Shown: positions 28,341-38,080, counted from the stretch's first letter. The stretch: 64,000 bases of DNA from Flavobacteriales bacterium (GCA_965655625.1 CBFHHA010000002.1:33655-97654), one strand, 5' to 3'. A program made the numbers and translations. Notes: a model not told the origin generated them from the sequence alone.

Positions 28341-28880
28341 TTAATCGTGGTTCGATAAATACGATTCAATTTTTTTGTGTGCATGATGATAAGAAGCTTT
28401 CAAAGAGCCAACAGAACCCCCCAGTATTTCTGCCATTTCATTGTAAGTTAAATCATTAAAGTATTTCATGTGAAATACTAATTTTTGTTTCTGGGGCAAA
28501 GTCGAAATTGCTTTGTACAGTTTCGCTTCAATTTCTTCACCCGAAAAAAACGATTCTTCCGATCGGTTATCCAATTGAATATCTTCTATCGATTGTGCAA
28601 TTCTCTTTTTGTTAGCTTGAATAAAATTAAGCGCCTCATTGGTGGCTATTCTATAAATCCAGGTATAGAGGTTAGATTCTCTTTTGAATTTTGGCAAACC
28701 TCGCCAGATTTTAATAAAGGTATTTTGGGTAATATCGTTGGCATCTTCATGATTGAGAACCATTTTTCGTACGTGCCAATAAACTCTCTCTTTGTACTCA
28801 GAAACCAATCTGCCGAAAGCTATTTCCTCTTTTCCTGAAGTATAATACTGAGTTAATATATCTTGGTCGATAAGTTTCAT
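28341..28880 (-). CDS. RNA polymerase sigma-70 factor, ECF subfamily
   Basis: Region 2 (DITQNTFIKIWRGLPKF, YTWIYRIATNEALNF) and region 4 (LTYNEMAEILGGSVGSLKASYHHA), 179 aa. Confidence 0.88.
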   Translation of the reverse strand: MKLIDQDILTQYYTSGKEEIAFGRLVSEYKERVYWHVRKMVLNHEDANDITQNTFIKIWRGLPKFKRESNLYTWIYRIATNEALNFIQANKKRIAQSIEDIQLDNRSEESFFSGEEIEAKLYKAISTLPQKQKLVFHMKYFNDLTYNEMAEILGGSVGSLKASYHHAHKKIESYLSNHD

Positions 28881-29009
28881 GAATTCTGTTTGAACGAGAG
28901 GTCAATGCTTAGACCATAGAAAAGGGAAAAGGTTTAAACAAGATTAATTTCTTAGTTAGATATACTAAACTAAAACTACGGTCGTTATATTGAAAAATAA
29001 ACAAAATAT

Positions 29010-29216
29010 ATGGATAAAAAGACTACTCTTGATGACTTGTCAAACTTTTATAACAATGAAAAGAAACTTTCGCAATTTTTAGTGGATATGGAAGATTCCC
29101 CTTCATTTTCGGAAGAGATAAGTCCTTGTACAATTTCTAACATTTTAGCTTATTCAAAAGTTTTGAGTATTAGAGACACAACTTATTTAGGGAAAATTGA
29201 TTTCGTATTAAATTAA
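29010..29216 (+). CDS. Small hypothetical protein (68 aa)
   Basis: ATG ORF divergent from the sigma gene and followed by a strong terminator (29240-29274). I recognise no motif. Confidence 0.4.
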   Translation: MDKKTTLDDLSNFYNNEKKLSQFLVDMEDSPSFSEEISPCTISNILAYSKVLSIRDTTYLGKIDFVLN

Positions 29217-29239
29217 ATTTTCTTTAGCCCCACTAACTT

Positions 29240-29274
29240 AGAGCGTTTCTATTTTTTAGATACGCTCTTTTTTT
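29240..29274 (+). terminator. Rho-independent terminator
   Basis: AGAGCGT-T-TCTA ttttt TAGA-T-ACGCTCT, followed by T7. Confidence 0.7.
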
Positions 29275-29291
29275 GTTAACCTTGTACTTAA

Positions 29292-30527
29292 ATGAACGCA
29301 ATTTACACTTTTTCTATTCGGCTATACTCAGTCGCTATTTGGCTGGTTTCTTTTTGGAACCCGAAAGCAAAACTCTGGAGAGAAGGCAGAAAAAACTGGG
29401 CAGAAAAGCTAAGTTTGTCTCTGGCGGGAAAACAAAATATATATTGGTTTCATTGTGCTTCGCTGGGTGAATTTGAGCAAGCTCGACCATTAATTGAGAA
29501 AATAAAACACCAGAAACCATCTGTTCTTATTTTAGTCACTTTTTTTTCGCCTTCAGGATACCAACAAAGAAAAAACTACAAGATGGCCGACTACGTTTGC
29601 TACCTTCCGTTGGATACAAAATCCAACGCCAAGCATTTCCTTTCTCTCGTTTCTATTTCCAAAGCTTATTTTGTAAAGTATGAAGTTTGGCCCAACTTTT
29701 TTCAAGAATTAAAACGAAAGGAAATTCCGTTTTATTTGCTTTCGGCTACCTTCCGAGAAGGTCAAATATATTTCAATTCATTGGGCAAATGGTTCAAATC
29801 AATTTTGGCTTTGACTACCCACATTTTTGTGCAAGAAAAAGCTTCGCAAGAGTTGCTTGCTAGTCACGGAATAGCCTCAATTGTTTCGGGAGATACGCGA
29901 TTCGATCAGGTGGCCAAAACTGCCAAAACTGCTGTTCCGAACAAAGTGATTGAGGAATTCTCAAGAGGTAAATTTACGCTTGTAGCAGGCAGTTGTTGGG
30001 AAAAGGAAGAAGGTTTTATTGCAGCGTTTCTTTCTCCTGCTTCCACCATAAAAGTTATTTTTGCTCCACACGATGTTAGTGAAAATCATGTAAAGGCATT
30101 GCTTGCTCGGTTGAAACCAGAGATAAGCTGTATTCGATATTCGCAGTTTGAAAAGGACGTAAATTTACAGGATTTTCAGGTGTTAATTTTAGATAATATT
30201 GGACTGCTTTCTAATGCTTATCAATATGGATCTGTGGCATTTGTGGGAGGTGGATTTACCAATGCTCTTCACAATATTTTGGAGCCAGCGACTTTTGGTC
30301 TCCCGGTTTTTTATGGCGACAATCACCCCAAATTTCCCGAAGGCGAAGAAATGGAAAATCACGGAGCAGGATTTTCGATAGATAGTTTCGGCCGATTTCA
30401 AAGCCAATTGCTTTCGTTGATTTATTACGAAGGCGAATTGGAACGTTATTCTCAAAAAAATACAGATTTTATACAGTCAAGAACGGGTGCAACCGAACTT
30501 GTGTATAGCCATACCATTGATTCCTAA
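29292..30527 (+). CDS. waaA: 3-deoxy-D-manno-octulosonic acid (Kdo) transferase
   Basis: WFHCASLGEFEQARPLIEKIK, typical of KdtA/WaaA; GT-B size of 411 aa. Confidence 0.85.
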   Translation: MNAIYTFSIRLYSVAIWLVSFWNPKAKLWREGRKNWAEKLSLSLAGKQNIYWFHCASLGEFEQARPLIEKIKHQKPSVLILVTFFSPSGYQQRKNYKMADYVCYLPLDTKSNAKHFLSLVSISKAYFVKYEVWPNFFQELKRKEIPFYLLSATFREGQIYFNSLGKWFKSILALTTHIFVQEKASQELLASHGIASIVSGDTRFDQVAKTAKTAVPNKVIEEFSRGKFTLVAGSCWEKEEGFIAAFLSPASTIKVIFAPHDVSENHVKALLARLKPEISCIRYSQFEKDVNLQDFQVLILDNIGLLSNAYQYGSVAFVGGGFTNALHNILEPATFGLPVFYGDNHPKFPEGEEMENHGAGFSIDSFGRFQSQLLSLIYYEGELERYSQKNTDFIQSRTGATELVYSHTIDS

Positions 30528-30609
30528 ATCGTATAAAAATTAGAATTATTCGTTTTCATTGTCGGTGAAACTTTCTTACATTCACACTTCCAAAAATAAT
30601 CACAATTCA

Positions 30610-32925
30610 ATGAAGAATTTTTTAACAATTCTAACCGCGTTATTTTTAGCGTCAAGTATATTTTCTCAGACTGGAACCGTAAAAGGTTTTGTGTACGATA
30701 AAGAATCTGGTGAGCCAGTAATGTTTACTACGGTTCAGTTAAAAGGAACCTCAATGGGAATTACCACTGACGTAAATGGTTATTACAGCATTACACAGAT
30801 TCCTCCAGGAGAATATGTATTAACCGTATCGAACCTTTCTTATGCTAAATTTGAAGAGAAATTAACGGTGACAAAAAACCGAGTAATTTCCAAGAACATT
30901 TACTTGATAGAAGACACAAAGACCCTGAGAGTTTTTGATGTAAATGGGGAAGCTCAAGAAGCAAAAACGGAGGTTAAAATGTCGATAATAAAGGCAACTG
31001 GAGACGACATAAAGCAAATACCAGCAATAGGTGGAGATGCAGATATTGCCACTTATTTTCAAACAGTTCCGGGTGTGGTTACCACCGGTGACCAAGGAGG
31101 ACAAATGTACGTGCGAGGTGGTTCGCCTATCCAAAACAAAGTGATGATGGATGGAATGGTGATTTACAACCCTTTTCACTCGATTGGTTTTTTCTCTGTA
31201 TTTGAAACGGAAATTATTCGGAATGCTGATATTTACACGGGTGGATTTAACGCAGAGCACGGAGGTAGAATTTCTTCCATTATGGATATCACAACTAGAG
31301 ATGGAAATCCAAATGGATTGAAAGGAAGGGTTTCTGTTTCGCCATTTATGGCCAAAGCCTTGATTGAAGGACCGTTGATGAAACCAAAGAAAGAAGGAGA
31401 CGGAAGTATTTCATTTATCCTTACCGGAAAGCACTCCTATTTGGATGAGTCCTCAAAAGTATTGTATCCCTACATTGATACAACCGGAGAGGGACTGCCT
31501 TTTGGTTTTACTGATTTGTACGGGAAGCTCACGTTTAAAGGAAGAAATGGAAGTAAGTTTAATCTATTCGGTTTCAATTTTCAAGACAACGTAAACTACC
31601 AAGCAATCTCTGATCTTAGCTGGAATAGTTGGGGAGTAGGTTCAAATTTCTTGCTAGTTCCGGGTACTTCCAAAGTATTGATTGAAGGAAAGTTTTCTGT
31701 GTCGGATTACAAAATAAGATTGCTGGAAGAAAACGGACAAGAGAGAACGAGTGGAGTGAACAGCTTCAATTTTGGTTTTGATTTTAAATATTTCATCAAA
31801 GAAAATGAATTGAAATATGGAATCGAAGTATCTGGTTTTGGAACTGACTTTAGTTATATAAACTCCACAAACAGAAGAATTGAGCAGAATGAAAACACAA
31901 CAGAACTTGGTTCTTATATTTCTTACCGAATTGTAAAACCACTGTTGGTAATCGAGCCAAGCTTCAGGATGCAGTATTACGCAACACTCAAGACTTTTTC
32001 ACCGGAGCCAAGATTGGGGCTGAAATACAATTTGAGCGAAAATGTGAGGCTTAAGTTAGCAGCTGGAATTTACTCTCAAAACCTTATCAGTGCCAATTCT
32101 GATAGAGATGTAGTGAACTTATTTTACGGATTTTTGTCTGGACCAGATAATTTGCAAGACCAATTTACTGATGAAGACGGCAACACAAGAGACGTAACAC
32201 ACTCCTTGCAAAAAGCCAATCATTTAATTGTAGGAACCGAGTTTGATATTACGCGAAATATTAGTTTAAATGTGGAAGGATATTACAAGCGATTTACACA
32301 GCTTACTAACATCAACCGAAACAAAATATTTGATGAAAACGATGATGTGGACGCTCCCGATATCTTAAAAAAAGATTACGTGGTAGAAACTGGAGACGCT
32401 TTTGGGGTAGACTTTGTGGCAAAATACACGAACAAAAAGTGGTATTTGTGGGGAGTTTATTCTTTAGGAAAAGTTACAAGATGGGATGGTGTGCGAACGT
32501 ACGCTCCTGTTTTTGATAGAAGGCATTCGGTGAACTTATTGGCAACATATAAATTTGGTAAAAAGGATAGCTGGCAGCTTAATGCTCGATGGAATTTTGG
32601 TTCTGGATTGCCTTTTACGCAAACTCAAGGTTACTATCAAAAAATAGACTTTACCGAAGGTACCGGAACCGATATTACTCAAGCAAACGCGAATGAATTA
32701 ACAGCTGTGTACGCAGGTCTAAATGAAGGAAGATTGCCTACTTATCACCGATTTGATGTGAACATCAAGAAAATCGTGAAATTCAAGACTTCTGAACTTG
32801 AAATGAACTTTGGAGTAACCAATATTTACAACAGAGAGAATATATTTTATGTAGATCGTGTTACGGCCGAAAAAGTATATCAGTTGCCAATACTTCCGAG
32901 TTTAGGTCTTGCTTGGAGTTTCTAG
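30610..32925 (+). CDS. TonB-dependent receptor with N-terminal carboxypeptidase-regulatory-like domain
   Basis: Signal peptide from ATG 30610 (MKNFLTILTALFLASSIFSQ), a CarbopepD_reg-like segment TGTVKGFVYDKESGEPV...TDVNGYYSI, a plug region, and a barrel ending in LGLAWSF. Confidence 0.8.
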   Translation: MKNFLTILTALFLASSIFSQTGTVKGFVYDKESGEPVMFTTVQLKGTSMGITTDVNGYYSITQIPPGEYVLTVSNLSYAKFEEKLTVTKNRVISKNIYLIEDTKTLRVFDVNGEAQEAKTEVKMSIIKATGDDIKQIPAIGGDADIATYFQTVPGVVTTGDQGGQMYVRGGSPIQNKVMMDGMVIYNPFHSIGFFSVFETEIIRNADIYTGGFNAEHGGRISSIMDITTRDGNPNGLKGRVSVSPFMAKALIEGPLMKPKKEGDGSISFILTGKHSYLDESSKVLYPYIDTTGEGLPFGFTDLYGKLTFKGRNGSKFNLFGFNFQDNVNYQAISDLSWNSWGVGSNFLLVPGTSKVLIEGKFSVSDYKIRLLEENGQERTSGVNSFNFGFDFKYFIKENELKYGIEVSGFGTDFSYINSTNRRIEQNENTTELGSYISYRIVKPLLVIEPSFRMQYYATLKTFSPEPRLGLKYNLSENVRLKLAAGIYSQNLISANSDRDVVNLFYGFLSGPDNLQDQFTDEDGNTRDVTHSLQKANHLIVGTEFDITRNISLNVEGYYKRFTQLTNINRNKIFDENDDVDAPDILKKDYVVETGDAFGVDFVAKYTNKKWYLWGVYSLGKVTRWDGVRTYAPVFDRRHSVNLLATYKFGKKDSWQLNARWNFGSGLPFTQTQGYYQKIDFTEGTGTDITQANANELTAVYAGLNEGRLPTYHRFDVNIKKIVKFKTSELEMNFGVTNIYNRENIFYVDRVTAEKVYQLPILPSLGLAWSF

Positions 32926-33383
32926 TCTTCCAAGTTTTTAAAAATATCGCTAAACTCATTCCAAAAATCGTGAGCCGCCACTATGTTTTTTTCCAAGAAA
33001 GGAAATACATCATGCCAGTCGTTCTTATTGAAAACAGAAACGCCCTCTAGCTCGACAAATATTTTGGCTGAGGTGCCAAACTCTGTTTCGTGCACGGGTA
33101 GCCAAGTAAGTTCGTTTTCAAAACTATCTGTTAGGACCGCTTTTAACTCCGTAAACTGCTCGTAGAACAACTCTCTCAATCCCTCATCGCGATGTTGTAA
33201 GTCAAAAGAAAAGGAAGCCTTTTTTTTGTTTACATCCAACCGAAAGTAAATATCCTTGCACTTTGTGTTGTAATTTACCCAATTGATTTTTCCTTGGTAA
33301 ACTTTATTGTACTTTTTCATGTATACTCCAAAGGAGGTCCAAAACTCTTTTCTCAACAATCTCGATTCTTCTTTTGAATACAT
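32922..33383 (-). CDS. Conserved hypothetical cytoplasmic protein (possibly DUF4268-like)
   Basis: 153-aa ORF with coding-like composition. The family name is from memory only (EFWTSFGVYM... N-terminus). Confidence 0.4.
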   Translation of the reverse strand: MYSKEESRLLRKEFWTSFGVYMKKYNKVYQGKINWVNYNTKCKDIYFRLDVNKKKASFSFDLQHRDEGLRELFYEQFTELKAVLTDSFENELTWLPVHETEFGTSAKIFVELEGVSVFNKNDWHDVFPFLEKNIVAAHDFWNEFSDIFKNLED

Positions 33384-33576
33384 GCTTTTTTCTTTTTTGT
33401 AAAGAAACTAATTTTTTTGAAAACGAGAGCAAACCAAGTTTTGAACTCAAACAACGAGAGGTTTAATACACAAAACATACCGAAGAATCAAAATAACCAA
33501 CACTTGAGCCAACTATTCGTGTCAAATCCATATACTTTCATTAATTTGAGATGTAATCACCAAAACTGCGTGCCTT

Positions 33577-34311
33577 ATGAAACTAACGACCATTATTATA
33601 GATGACGAACCCAATGCCCGCGAAAATCTTCAAATTCTTATTGAGCAATATTGTCCAGATTTGAATGTAGTGGGAATGGCGGCAAATAGTAAGCAAGGCA
33701 AAATATTAATTAATGAATACGAACCCGATTTGGTGTTTTTGGATATTGCAATGCCGGGTGGAGACGGATTTGAGTTATTAAAGGAATTTGAGGACAGAGA
33801 TTTTTCGGTAGTATTTATCACGGCACACTCGGAGTTTGCGCTCAAAGCTTTTAAGGCAGATGCGATAGATTATCTCGAAAAGCCAATCGATATTGAGGAG
33901 CTACAAAAGGCGCAAGACAAAGCAATGAAGTTTTCTTATGCCGATAATTTGATCCAAAAGTCTGAGAAGGTAACGATGGAAGATGAAATCGAAAAAATAG
34001 CTATTCCTACTCGAAGCGGTTACATATTTATCGAAAACAAAGATATTCTATATTTCAAGGCAGATGAGAACTATACCGAGTTGTACCTAGCTGATGGGTC
34101 TAAAATACTGAGCAGTAAAACAATAAAACGATACGAAGAAAAAGTAAATTCTCATATATTTTATCGAGTTCATAAATCTTACATTATCAATAAGCACAAT
34201 CATTTAAAAGAATTGTCTCGACAAATGGGAAATTTTGCCGTGATGAGCAATGGAGATAACATTCCCATTGCACGAAGAAGGTTGTCGGATTTTATGAAGC
34301 AAATTGCCTAA
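33577..34311 (+). CDS. LytTR-family response regulator (REC + LytTR)
   Basis: IIIDDEPNARE, VFLDIAMPGGDG, FITAH and DYLEKP in the receiver; FYRVHKSYIINK in the LytTR region. Confidence 0.85.
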   Translation: MKLTTIIIDDEPNARENLQILIEQYCPDLNVVGMAANSKQGKILINEYEPDLVFLDIAMPGGDGFELLKEFEDRDFSVVFITAHSEFALKAFKADAIDYLEKPIDIEELQKAQDKAMKFSYADNLIQKSEKVTMEDEIEKIAIPTRSGYIFIENKDILYFKADENYTELYLADGSKILSSKTIKRYEEKVNSHIFYRVHKSYIINKHNHLKELSRQMGNFAVMSNGDNIPIARRRLSDFMKQIA

Positions 34312-34322
34312 TTCAATCAAAG

Positions 34323-36239
34323 TTATTTCTGAATTAAAAACAACTCGTTTTTATCGTTGTAATTCATTGTGTTCTCATCCAGTTTCCATTGGATAACTTG
34401 CAGGATTTCGTCTTGGTTAAAATCGGGTAGGAGTTGAACAAGTTGAGAAAGTCTCATAGGATTTTGGTCTATTTGCTGCTTTATTTTTTGCTCTATTAAT
34501 GAGAACTGTTCACTGCTTAGTTCTTTTTTCTTTCTTGACAAACAGATGTCGCAAGTTCCGCAATCTACAAATTCGGTTTCATCGAAATAAGAAAGTAATA
34601 GTTTGGATCGGCAAGTTGTATCCGATTCGCAATACCGAATCATAAAATCCAGCTGCTCTTTTTTCACGGTTTTTCTGTCGAGATATATGGCTTTCGCAAA
34701 TTTCAATCGATCCTCGTGCATGCGGTCAACAGTGTAAGTAAGCACAGGCTGATTGGAGGTTGGTAGAAACTCCAAAATCCCAAATGATTTAAGTTTGTGA
34801 AGAATCATTTCAATTTCCTTGGCGCTTTTCTTGAGTGAATCCCCTATGCTGGTGAGATTTATTCCTGTTAGATTGTCAAAAATTCCTTCGTTTTTTCTGA
34901 GCAATAGTTGAATCAACCCTTCGTGTTCGGGATGTTTTATTTGGTAGTTGTACAATTCGTTATTTCCTACTTCAAACTTCACTCGGTTTGGCCGAGTGAT
35001 GGCTTCGGATAAATGAATGTACCCAGCCAACCCAAGAATAGATAGGCAATGATGAGTTGTGATTACCTCAAAATTAAATTTAGTTGAGAAATCAATGATA
35101 TCAAATTCATAATTTGAGTTTTCGCCTCCTCCTATGGCTAACCTAAAATAATTACCGAGTGCATTGTACACTTTTTTTATTTGCGAGGTGTCGGGAAATT
35201 CAAGCTCGTGAAATCGCTCTAACGTAGATTTGTCGCTTGGCTTGTAAAGCAAAACCGCAAAAGATTTTTTTCCGTCTCTCCCACCTCTTCCAGCTTCCTG
35301 AAAATAAGCTTCTGGCGATGCAGGTGGTTCCATGTGAACCACTACCCGAACATCTGGTTTGTCAATTCCCATCCCAAATGCATTGGTTGCAACAATTAGT
35401 TGAGTTTTATTCTGAATCCAGTTTTCTTGCCTCTTGTCTCGATCTTCTTGCGACAATCCACCGTGGTAGTATTCGGCAGTGATGTTGTTTTGCCGCAGGT
35501 ACTCAGCAATTTCCTTCGTTTTTCTTCTGGTATTTACGTACACAATTCCACAATTTCCTGTTTTTCTTATGATTTGAATAAGTCGTTGCTTTTTGTTCTC
35601 CTCTTTCAATACCAGATATCCCAATTTCTCCCGCGCAAAGCTCTGTTTAATTATGTGCTCCGGTTCTATCGAAAGTTGTGCAGCAATATCTTGAATCACT
35701 CGCGTGTTGGCTGTGGCGGTTACAGCCAAAAAAGGAATAGATTGATCAATGATATCCCGAATTTCTTTTATTTTTTGGTAAGCAGGCCTAAAATCATGAC
35801 CCCACTGAGAAATACAGTGAGATTCATCTACCGCAATTAAGTTTACCTTCATTTTGGCAAGTCTCACCTTAAAAATTTCTGTCTGAAGCCTTTCTGGTGA
35901 AACATATAAGAATTTGTAATTGCCATACACGCAGTTATCTAGCGCAATGTCAATTTCTCTTTTGTTCATCCCCGAGAAGATAGCCAAAGCTTTAATTCCT
36001 CGCTTTTGTAAGTTTTCAACTTGATCTTTCATCAGGGCAATAAGAGGAGAAACCACAATGCAAATTCCCTCGTTTACAAGTGCCGGAACTTGGTAGCAAA
36101 TAGATTTTCCTCCGCCAGTTGGCAAGAGTGCCAACGTATTGTTATCGTCCAACACCGAATTGATAATCGCCTCTTGCGAATCACGAAAAGAATCGTACCC
36201 CCAATACTGCTTTAATATGTCTTGAATTGTTTGGCTCAT
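34323..36239 (-). CDS. recQ: RecQ-family ATP-dependent DNA helicase
   Basis: LLPTGGGKS (Walker A), AVDESHCISQWGHDFRPAY (DExH), TNAFGMGIDKPDVR, QEAGRGGRDG, and the Zn-binding Cys cluster CRSKLLL...CGTCDIC. Confidence 0.85.
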   Translation of the reverse strand: MSQTIQDILKQYWGYDSFRDSQEAIINSVLDDNNTLALLPTGGGKSICYQVPALVNEGICIVVSPLIALMKDQVENLQKRGIKALAIFSGMNKREIDIALDNCVYGNYKFLYVSPERLQTEIFKVRLAKMKVNLIAVDESHCISQWGHDFRPAYQKIKEIRDIIDQSIPFLAVTATANTRVIQDIAAQLSIEPEHIIKQSFAREKLGYLVLKEENKKQRLIQIIRKTGNCGIVYVNTRRKTKEIAEYLRQNNITAEYYHGGLSQEDRDKRQENWIQNKTQLIVATNAFGMGIDKPDVRVVVHMEPPASPEAYFQEAGRGGRDGKKSFAVLLYKPSDKSTLERFHELEFPDTSQIKKVYNALGNYFRLAIGGGENSNYEFDIIDFSTKFNFEVITTHHCLSILGLAGYIHLSEAITRPNRVKFEVGNNELYNYQIKHPEHEGLIQLLLRKNEGIFDNLTGINLTSIGDSLKKSAKEIEMILHKLKSFGILEFLPTSNQPVLTYTVDRMHEDRLKFAKAIYLDRKTVKKEQLDFMIRYCESDTTCRSKLLLSYFDETEFVDCGTCDICLSRKKKELSSEQFSLIEQKIKQQIDQNPMRLSQLVQLLPDFNQDEILQVIQWKLDENTMNYNDKNELFLIQK

Positions 36240-36648
36240 TGCGCGGATAAAAATAAGGCATAAAGATTTTAAAAAGAATTTAGTAAAGCTTTTTATTTAA
36301 GGGAAGACTCAACTATCTATTTGTAACAGCCTATTTTCGGCCTTGTTTTATGGAGCGATTTTGAGGCAGTATTTTTCGTTAATGAAGGAAGAAGTTCCGG
36401 AGCTTGAGAAGGAAATCACTGACTGAATCGAAAAACACAAGTTAAAATTGCGGAGTAAAATGAAGCCTAGATTTTTTTGGCTTGGTTTACACTGAGAGGA
36501 GTCGAAGTGTTTTTGATCAATGAAAAAAATGAATAAGAGTTTTATAAACTGCAATTTAGAATTTTTATGAATTCAACTTATAAATTGATATTCTAAAAAA
36601 GTAAATTTTCTTCTTTCCTTCTTATCTTCGTACAAACAAACTAAAATT

Positions 36649-37542
36649 ATGCTTACAATTGATCCAAAAGAAATCCCTGTTCCAAAATTACATCATTACT
36701 TGTTGGGAGCAGTAGGGCCTCGTCCCATAGCTTTTGCGAGTACTATCGACAAAGAGGGAAACAGAAACTTAGCTCCGTTTAGTTTTTTTAATGTGTTTTC
36801 GGCCAATCCGCCCATTATGGTTTTTTCACCAGCCCGAAGCGGACGAACCAATACAACCAAAAACACGTTTGATAATGTGAAAGAGGTAGCAGAGGTAGTA
36901 ATTAATATTGTGAATTACAACATAGTTGAGCAAATGTCTTTAGCCAGTTCTCCTTTTGATGCTGATGTAGATGAGTTTGTAAAATCTGGATTGACTCCAA
37001 TAGCCTCCGAAACTGTCAAGCCTTTTAGAGTAAAAGAATCGCCAGTGCAATTTGAGTGTAAGGTAAATGAAGTGGTAGAGCTAGGAACAGAAGGCGGAGC
37101 CGGAAACTTGGTGATTTGTGAAGTGACAAAAATTCATATCAACGAAGCAGTATTGGATGAAAACGGAGCGATTGACCAGCATAAAATTGATTTGGTATCG
37201 CGAATGGGAGGAAACTGGTATTGCCGAGCGAATGCCGATTCTATGTTCGAAATCAAAAAACCCATTATGACTGTTGGAATTGGCTATGAGGCGATTCCAG
37301 AAGATATCCGGAATAGTAAATTTCTCTCAGGAAATGATTTAGGGAAGTTGGGAGGAATAGAAGACCTGCCAAATGAAACAGACGTAAACGACCACAAGTT
37401 ATTTGAGTTGAGCGAATTGTTTGTAGAGTTAGAAGACGAACAAGAAAAACTAGAAGAAGAATTACACAAGAGAGCTAAAGAAGAATTAAAAGAAGACAAG
37501 TTAAAAGAAGCTTGGATGACGCTGTTGGCTTTTAATGAATAG
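36649..37542 (+). CDS. Flavin reductase-like (FMN-binding split-barrel) protein with acidic coiled C-terminal extension
   Basis: PRPIAFASTIDKEGNRNLAPFSFFN is typical of the flavin reductase family; 297 aa. Confidence 0.7.
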   Translation: MLTIDPKEIPVPKLHHYLLGAVGPRPIAFASTIDKEGNRNLAPFSFFNVFSANPPIMVFSPARSGRTNTTKNTFDNVKEVAEVVINIVNYNIVEQMSLASSPFDADVDEFVKSGLTPIASETVKPFRVKESPVQFECKVNEVVELGTEGGAGNLVICEVTKIHINEAVLDENGAIDQHKIDLVSRMGGNWYCRANADSMFEIKKPIMTVGIGYEAIPEDIRNSKFLSGNDLGKLGGIEDLPNETDVNDHKLFELSELFVELEDEQEKLEEELHKRAKEELKEDKLKEAWMTLLAFNE

Positions 37543-37652
37543 TAGGCTCGACACAGTTGTTGTTTCCTTCTTTTGGGGGTCTTTTCATGAGTATTTGATT
37601 GAGTAAATTGAATGAAACTAAAACAAAGAAGAGAATATTTAGTGTATTTTAA

Positions 37653-37660
37653 TACCTTTG
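37653..37660 (+). promoter_or_regulatory. Candidate -7 box (TAccTTTG)
   Basis: Exact TAnnTTTG match 30 nt upstream of ATG 37691. Confidence 0.4.
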
Positions 37661-37690
37661 CATAATCTTTAATAATATAAAAAATAAGTA

Positions 37691-38059
37691 ATGGAATTAG
37701 CAGGAAAAGTAAAAGTGATATTTGACAAACAAACGTTTGGAAGTGGATTTGAAAAAAGAGAGATAGTAGTTACAACTGCCGAACAATATCCTCAAGACAT
37801 TAAATTTGAAGTGTACAAAGAAAAGTGTGCAATGCTGGATAATTTTAAAGTCAACGATGAGGTAAATGTTCACTTTAATCTAAGAGGAAATGAATACAAC
37901 GGAAAGTATTTTGTAAACCTAAATGCTTGGAAAATAGACAAAGGGGCAGGAGCAGCACCAGGAGCAAATGTAGTTCCGGATAATGCCGCGCCATTGCCAA
38001 CTTCTGAGTCTCCGTTTGATTCAGGAAGCGACTTTGAAGGAGACGATTTACCGTTTTAA
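37691..38059 (+). CDS. DUF3127-like OB-fold protein
   Basis: MELAGKVKVIFDKQTFGSGFEKREIVV...QYPQDIKFEVYKEK...NLRGNEYNGKYFVNLNAWKI matches my recollection of the DUF3127 family. Confidence 0.55.
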   Translation: MELAGKVKVIFDKQTFGSGFEKREIVVTTAEQYPQDIKFEVYKEKCAMLDNFKVNDEVNVHFNLRGNEYNGKYFVNLNAWKIDKGAGAAPGANVVPDNAAPLPTSESPFDSGSDFEGDDLPF

Positions 38060-38080
38060 GTAACCAAAACGAATCAACTA

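Noticed and set aside
29273-29470. 65-codon ORF (TTG start) overlapping the waaA 5' end
   Set aside because: It is an alternative frame of the Kdo transferase gene. The waaA frame carries the family motif.
32922-32925. Convergent genes sharing the palindromic tetranucleotide CTAG as overlapping stop codons (also at 61811-61814)
   Set aside because: It is real in the sequence (TAG on both strands), but two cases can easily arise by chance. It is a curiosity rather than a signal.
33417-33605. 62-codon plus-strand ORF upstream of the second LytTR regulator
   Set aside because: It is Asn/Gln-rich low-complexity sequence, overlaps the regulator start out of frame, and probably lies in the promoter region.
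35400-35840. 146-codon plus-strand ORF (and 35237-35482, 36021-36215)
   Set aside because: It is antisense to recQ, whose helicase motifs are unambiguous on the minus strand.
36348-36554. 68-codon minus-strand ORF in the recQ/flavin reductase spacer
   Set aside because: It has low-complexity sequence, no plausible start context or motif, and overlaps hairpin debris. I treat it as non-coding.
36240-36648. Possible SRP RNA, RNase P RNA, 6S RNA or FMN riboswitch in the long spacer
   Set aside because: I compared by eye against the conserved cores I remember (SRP GGAAGCAGCC-type helix 8, the RNase P GGAAAGTCCGGGC region, the FMN riboswitch AGGATAG...GGGTC elements). None is present, so I cannot support an ncRNA call.
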